A stretch of 62,820 nt of DNA, counting the filler, from Stramenopiles sp. TOSAG23-3 (lineage: Eukaryota), in assembly GCA_900128585.1 (NCBI GenBank). It is 34 parts of 34 records of this genome, joined end to end, with 100 filler letters (N's around TTAATTAATTAA, not from the genome) between each part and the next. Parts side by side here need not be neighbours in the genome. Positions count along the whole stretch, not along the records: positions 57,398 to 59,139 come from LT645458.1; positions 59,240 to 60,980 come from LT645459.1; positions 61,081 to 62,820 come from LT645460.1; 31 more parts are not named here. One strand, written 5' to 3'. Positions 57,946 through 62,820 of the stretch are shown here, in pieces. The notes below the pieces were generated by a model. The model was not told the origin of the DNA. It saw nothing but the letters and a program-made list of their open reading frames with translations, and made no database searches. The first letter of the stretch is position 1; every line of letters begins with the position of its first letter. Both the position numbers and the translations under genes were made by a program.

Positions 57946-58578
57946 ATACCCAGGGGAGAAGGGCTTGGTCTGCCATGAACATTGATTACACCACTCTTAA
58001 TTTATAATTATTCTATATTGCATACACAAAGAAGAAGCGAGCACGACGGTACTGTATCGGAGGCCGTTCCTTTACCGGTACCTGGCCGTACAATTAATTA
58101 CATTCAGTCTGCACTATGGTACTGGTACTATACCAACCATATTTTCGTTGATTTTCGACCTACCGTTAGTTAGTTCCTCCACCAGAGCTCCAGAGAGGTA
58201 CCCGTACGTACCAGGTATTTATCTTGGTAGGTACAGGTACAGGTACCCGCACCGAACAGCAGGAGAGATCATTCTTCTTCTTTTCTCTTTTTTTCTTTTT
58301 TATTACGCAAAAAAATCACAAGAAACATTTATACATTCACTTTATATATCATTTTAGTGACAACAGACGATTTTCTACGGCGCATGTTGCCATAAATCAT
58401 AGGACTTGTATGCCCGAACAATATTTTTCGTTTCTTTATTTGCTCGTCCACGGAGATTGTTTACTGCCGCTTTATCTCATAGCTACGCTTTTTTGTTTGA
58501 GAATTGCACTTTTTTGGGGTATAAAAAGCCCGCTATTGACAGTGTTGTGTTTGTACATATATATGCAAGTGTCATAGG

Positions 58579-59139
58579 ATGAAAAAAATAGACCAACATG
58601 CGATTGCAGCGCGGATCCAAAGTTTGATCGTGCAGCGGCACACGCGAGGCGAAGAGGAAAAGCAGTCGACGGAAATTCTCCTTTTGACTAATTCCTTGCA
58701 TTCTCAATACAACAACGAGTCGACGTTTGTAATGACGCCGAGAGAAGCTCGCATTCGCAAATTAGAAGAGCAAAACAGATACCTGGAGCAGTGCTTGAAC
58801 AAGCTGAAATCTGAGCAGAAGCCTGCCAAACGCTCAAGAATAAACAAATTTAGAGCCGTGGGAAAAGCCATCATTGGTGCAAAGCGTGTTGCAGGAAGCA
58901 GGTGGAAGAAACGGGTCATTCAACGCGTATGGAAAACGGACCTGAAGATCAACGACCTCAACTTTGCGTCAATTTTACTCGCGGCGAAGAAAGAGAAACA
59001 CGAGGCCCTGTTCCGCGCCGCCGTCACGTACGTCGCACGGGGTTTGAAACGCTTGAAAACGACCGAACAGTTCAAAAAGCTGCAGAATGACCCAGACATA
59101 CTGATTAGCATTTTGGAGCAGGCGAAGAGTCCCAGGGGG
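58579..59139 (+). CDS. Hypothetical coiled-coil protein (3' truncated)
   Basis: ATG-initiated ORF with coiled-coil segment. Confidence 0.55.
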
Positions 59140-59239
59140 NNNNNNNNNNNNNNNNNNNNNNNNNNNNNNNNNNNNNNNNNNNNTTAATTAATTAANNNNN
59201 NNNNNNNNNNNNNNNNNNNNNNNNNNNNNNNNNNNNNNN

Positions 59240-59938
59240 GATACTGTAGGGCGAAAGCGGTATTGGGCCAGGTCCATCATTGGGTATGCGTGGTTTGATG
59301 CCGCCGAGCCGAACATCGGCCATAAAGCCTTGGAGAAACTCACCAGGAGGGGAGTCGTGGGGGATATCATCACGCAAAATGTCGATAGTTTACACTACAA
59401 AAGCGGGACGAGGGACGTCATTGAGCTGCATGGGACAAACCGGTCCTGTGAATGCCTTTCGTGCGGGTTCGTCGAACCTCGGCCGGATTTCCAAGACAGA
59501 ATTAGGGAGCTGAACAAAAGTTGGATAGAAAGGTACTTACCAACCAATTTCAAACATAGCGACTTTCGTGCCGATGGAGACGCCGTGCTCGGGGACGTCG
59601 ACTACTCCACTTTCGAGATTCCAGGGTGTTTAAGGTGCGGTGATCTTGGAATGATGAAGCCCAGCGTCGTATTCTTTGGGGCCAACTTGAAGCCTGCTGT
59701 TCGGCAGCGCAGCATGGATGCCGTCAGGAACGCCAGTAAAATTTTAATGGTCGGGACGTCCGCCCAAGTGTTTAGCGTTTACCGACTATGTCTTTTGGCG
59801 AAGGAGTTGGAGAAACCATTAGGGATTCTAAACATTGGTGAGACGCGGGCAGATCCTTTGGCCTCTTTTAAAATTGAAGGCCAGTGTGGATCCATGTTGC
59901 ATAAATTGGCTTCGAGGGTGTGTCAACAGAATATATAA
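59240..59938 (+). CDS. SIRT4: Class II sirtuin (5' partial)
   Basis: RKRYWARS..G, ITQNVD.LH, ELHG, R.DFQ, RADGD, KPSVVFFG, NIGETRAD. Confidence 0.9.
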   Translation, partial: DTVGRKRYWARSIIGYAWFDAAEPNIGHKALEKLTRRGVVGDIITQNVDSLHYKSGTRDVIELHGTNRSCECLSCGFVEPRPDFQDRIRELNKSWIERYLPTNFKHSDFRADGDAVLGDVDYSTFEIPGCLRCGDLGMMKPSVVFFGANLKPAVRQRSMDAVRNASKILMVGTSAQVFSVYRLCLLAKELEKPLGILNIGETRADPLASFKIEGQCGSMLHKLASRVCQQNI

Positions 59939-60727
59939 ACAGACAGAAAGCTGTAGACGACTATGAAATCGATTGAAAAAACTAAGGAGCCTCTTATAAT
60001 TTAATGTATATTATTATATAGTCGATATGTATATTTTTTATGTTTTACGTGTTTTTATTAAACATATTTATTATTACGAAGAAGAAGAAGGGGAGGAGTG
60101 GTCCGTACCGGTACCCGTAACCCGTACCCGTTGGACCGTATAGGGTGGTACTTTTGTATTTTCATACCTGGTGTGTCAGTCCATTGAGTCTCTATTTATT
60201 AAGGTATTGTTTTACATACACATTAGAGATGGACACCTACCACCCATAGGAGGAAGGTCACCAACACCACCACAGCAGGTTCAATAAATATATTGGTTCA
60301 AAAAAAAAAAGGTTTTTTCTTCTTCTTCTTCTTCTTTTTTTTTTTTCTTATTTATTCGCTGTAATGATGGTACTACCTGTATTAATACTTTTAAAAAAAT
60401 ATGAACACTTCTTGAAGAAGAAGAAGAACGAACACACCACCACACCCCACACCCCCCACCAACCACACATACCAAGGTATAAATAATAATCATCTTTCTT
60501 CTTCTTCTTCTTCTTCTTCTTTCTTTCTTCTCTTTTTCTCAAATAATATAATTGCAAAGTGTGTATGTATGAAAGTATCTGCACGGGGCAAACCTCGCTG
60601 GTGCACATGACAAGAAATAAACTTATCATGTCAACACGGTTAGATTAACGGTTGAATGGTTCTCCAGTAATATTGAATTCCAATCGTTCTACGTAATTTC
60701 CATTGTTATTTCTTCCCGATCGATAAT

Positions 60728-60980
60728 ATGTTAAGTCGCACACCCAGTATTGTGTCGCGCCGCTTGTTGTTCAACGCGGCGTCGGCGCGCACTTTTACCA
60801 GCACGAAACAGCGTGGGTTTGACATCACGGACGAACAACGGCAGTTTCAGAATTTGGCGCGCGATTTTGCACGTGATGAAATGATGCCATTAGTAGCCCA
60901 ATACGATAAGTCGGGAGAGTTTCCCCAGGACATTTTTCAGAAAGCTTGGGAGCTGGGCTTAGTGAACACTCACATTCCGC
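60728..60980 (+). CDS. ACADM: Medium-chain acyl-CoA dehydrogenase, N-terminus with mitochondrial presequence
   Basis: GF..TDEQ..FQ.LAR.FARDE..P....YDKSGEFP....KAWELGLVNTHIP. Confidence 0.88.
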
Positions 60981-61564
60981 NNNNNNNNNNNNNNNNNNNN
61001 NNNNNNNNNNNNNNNNNNNNNNNNTTAATTAATTAANNNNNNNNNNNNNNNNNNNNNNNNNNNNNNNNNNNNNNNNNNNNTTTTAAAGTATGTATTTGTA
61101 ATTGCATTGTATATATTGAAATGTTTTTTTGTTTGATGATTATTGCGGGTGATTTTTTTGTTGTTTTTTTGTTGTTTTGTTGGGGCCGCCGCCGGCGGCG
61201 GGGGGGGGCAATTATTTAATGAGGACACAGCAGGAAGACAGCAAAAAAACAAAAAATAACAAATTTTTTTTCTTCTTCTTCTTTTTTCTTCTTTCTTCTT
61301 CTTCTTTGCTATTTTGTTTTCTTCTTCTTTCTTCTTTCTTCTTCTTCTTCTTTCTTTTCTTCTTCAAAATGTTTTTTACGGCGGCCCCTCTATACGTGAA
61401 TAGGTAAAATGGATGAAAGAAAGAAAGAAAGAAAAACAATGGTGTAAATTTACTTCAGCAGAAAGAGAAACAGACCTGAAAGTTCATATGAAGATGTATT
61501 CGTGTTGTGTATATAGAATGAATTGAATCGATAGAAATTTTTTGTGCAAAGTAGAGTTTGGGTC

Positions 61565-62820
61565 ATGAAGAAAGGAGGGAAGCGTCAACTGGATACCGGT
61601 GCCGATAATGGGCTTCCGCGAAAGAGGCACTGCTTGCCCAACGACAACAGCTCGTCTACGGGGATGCCATTAAGGGAAATGTTGAGTTTGATGATTGGCC
61701 CAGAGTACGAGGAGGCTTTCCGTCGGACTTTGGAAGGGTGGAACGATTTTGTAAAGTCTACGAGTACGACGCTCGAGAAGATAGACGCGAGGGGTGTGCC
61801 GCTTCGGGCTGAACTGAAAAGGACACTAGTGTGCCGAGGGAAATGGGAAGGTTTTCATTTGCAACACTATTTTGAATTCAACAAACGTCTGGCCCAGTAC
61901 GAAGAACTGCGAAAGGGCAATGGCGAGACCCAAGAGCATTTTGTATATGCAACGTTTGCGTACTGCTGCGCCAAATTAGAGTGGGCCGCAGAACAAGGCG
62001 TCGACGTGCTTGTCCCCGTCGGGAAGGCGTTGATGACGGCTTTGGCCAACGGGGTATTGATGGAACATAACAAAGGGGAGGCGACCGATGGCAACCCCGA
62101 AGAGGCAGCGAAAGCAGCATTTCGTCGCAGCCGCAGCTTGGTTGGTTTCGTAGACATATCGCGGAGACGGTACAAGATTCCTTTGGAAGGGATTACCGAG
62201 TCGATGTTGGATATTGTAATGCAACTCGACGGGGGCTGGGAACAATCTTGGGCAAAGAGCCAGGTAGTGCCCTTGGAAATTATGCTCACGTTGAACAAAC
62301 GAAACCTTGGGTACCTCCTGTTGCGTTACAAAAAGTCGCCGTCGTCGGGCGGCGCCCTCTGCTTCCGGGGGCTGAGGGTCAACTCGAAATGGCGAAAATT
62401 AAACATTGGAAAACTTTTGATCAGGGTATGGCTCCGGCTGTGCAGGCGGTACAATTTTACGGCAGAAACGGAGCTGATGAACAAGCCCGTAATTTGCCTG
62501 CTCTTGCGGCACCATTTTGGGTTTGCCCCAGATCGACTGCACAGTCCAGTGGAGGTGGCTTGTTCCGGTCCAGGAGAAACGAACGACAAGGTACGAATTT
62601 GGGCAAACGATTACAGCCGGTTGAAGGGGCTGTACAGCAATAGTTTTCTGAAATCACAAAATATAGAAATTATGAAGGACAAGCCGGGAACCTCCCGGAC
62701 GATATACGTCAAAACGAGGTACAGGCGGGCGGACAACTCCTTCGCAGAAAAGGAGACCACCGCAATTGCATTTTACGCCTCCCGCCTTTACCGGTTTGTC
62801 GACACCGTTCTAACCCATTG
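61565..62820 (+). CDS. Protein with GNAT-like C-terminal domain; runs off the window and is absent from the ORF track
   Basis: Manual translation from ATG 61565 is stop-free to the end; contains FRGLRVNSKWRKLNIGKLLIRVW...NKP...FGF. Confidence 0.7.
   Translation, partial: MKKGGKRQLDTGADNGLPRKRHCLPNDNSSSTGMPLREMLSLMIGPEYEEAFRRTLEGWNDFVKSTSTTLEKIDARGVPLRAELKRTLVCRGKWEGFHLQHYFEFNKRLAQYEELRKGNGETQEHFVYATFAYCCAKLEWAAEQGVDVLVPVGKALMTALANGVLMEHNKGEATDGNPEEAAKAAFRRSRSLVGFVDISRRRYKIPLEGITESMLDIVMQLDGGWEQSWAKSQVVPLEIMLTLNKRNLGYLLLRYKKSPSSGGALCFRGLRVNSKWRKLNIGKLLIRVWLRLCRRYNFTAETELMNKPVICLLLRHHFGFAPDRLHSPVEVACSGPGETNDKVRIWANDYSRLKGLYSNSFLKSQNIEIMKDKPGTSRTIYVKTRYRRADNSFAEKETTAIAFYASRLYRFVDTVLTH

Noticed and set aside
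1764-61080. Regularly spaced TTAATTAATTAA palindromes as a CRISPR-like or biological repeat
   Set aside because: Always centred in N-runs; an artificial six-frame-stop linker. ORFs ending in X...LIN are artefacts of it.
1-62820. Gene clusters or functional neighbourhoods across the window
   Set aside because: Contigs are size-sorted, so only within-contig adjacency is meaningful.

Overview
This window is not one locus. It is 34 short contigs (about 1.74-1.76 kb, sorted by decreasing length) joined by an artificial 100-nt spacer (N44-TTAATTAATTAA-N44), so neighbours across spacers are meaningless and most genes are fragments. The DNA looks like a compact, intron-poor eukaryotic genome, with coding islands in very AT-rich spacers. 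The gene content (bifunctional LKR/SDH, PPi-PFK, HA-repeat and AP2 proteins) suggests a stramenopile-like protist, possibly a single-cell or metagenome assembly; this is inference. Recognisable fragments include VPS11, BLTP1/Csf1, a CNG/KCNH-like channel, PPi-PFK, AASS, a DEAD-box helicase, SFT2, borealin-like, SIRT4, ACADM, a SPFH protein and a MULE transposase. The standout is contig 33411-35159, which has no credible protein-coding ORF. It holds two tRNA-Glu genes (TTC and CTC), interrupted by two and three short GT..CTAAC..AG spliceosomal-type introns in the D-loop, variable loop and T-loop. Removing these introns gives 73-nt cloverleaves with a compensatory acceptor-stem change. Other points of interest are a modular interspersed repeat mostly downstream of gene 3' ends, an EF-hand/AP2 fusion, a signal-peptide-bearing GT41 enzyme and a bacterial-type endonuclease I.
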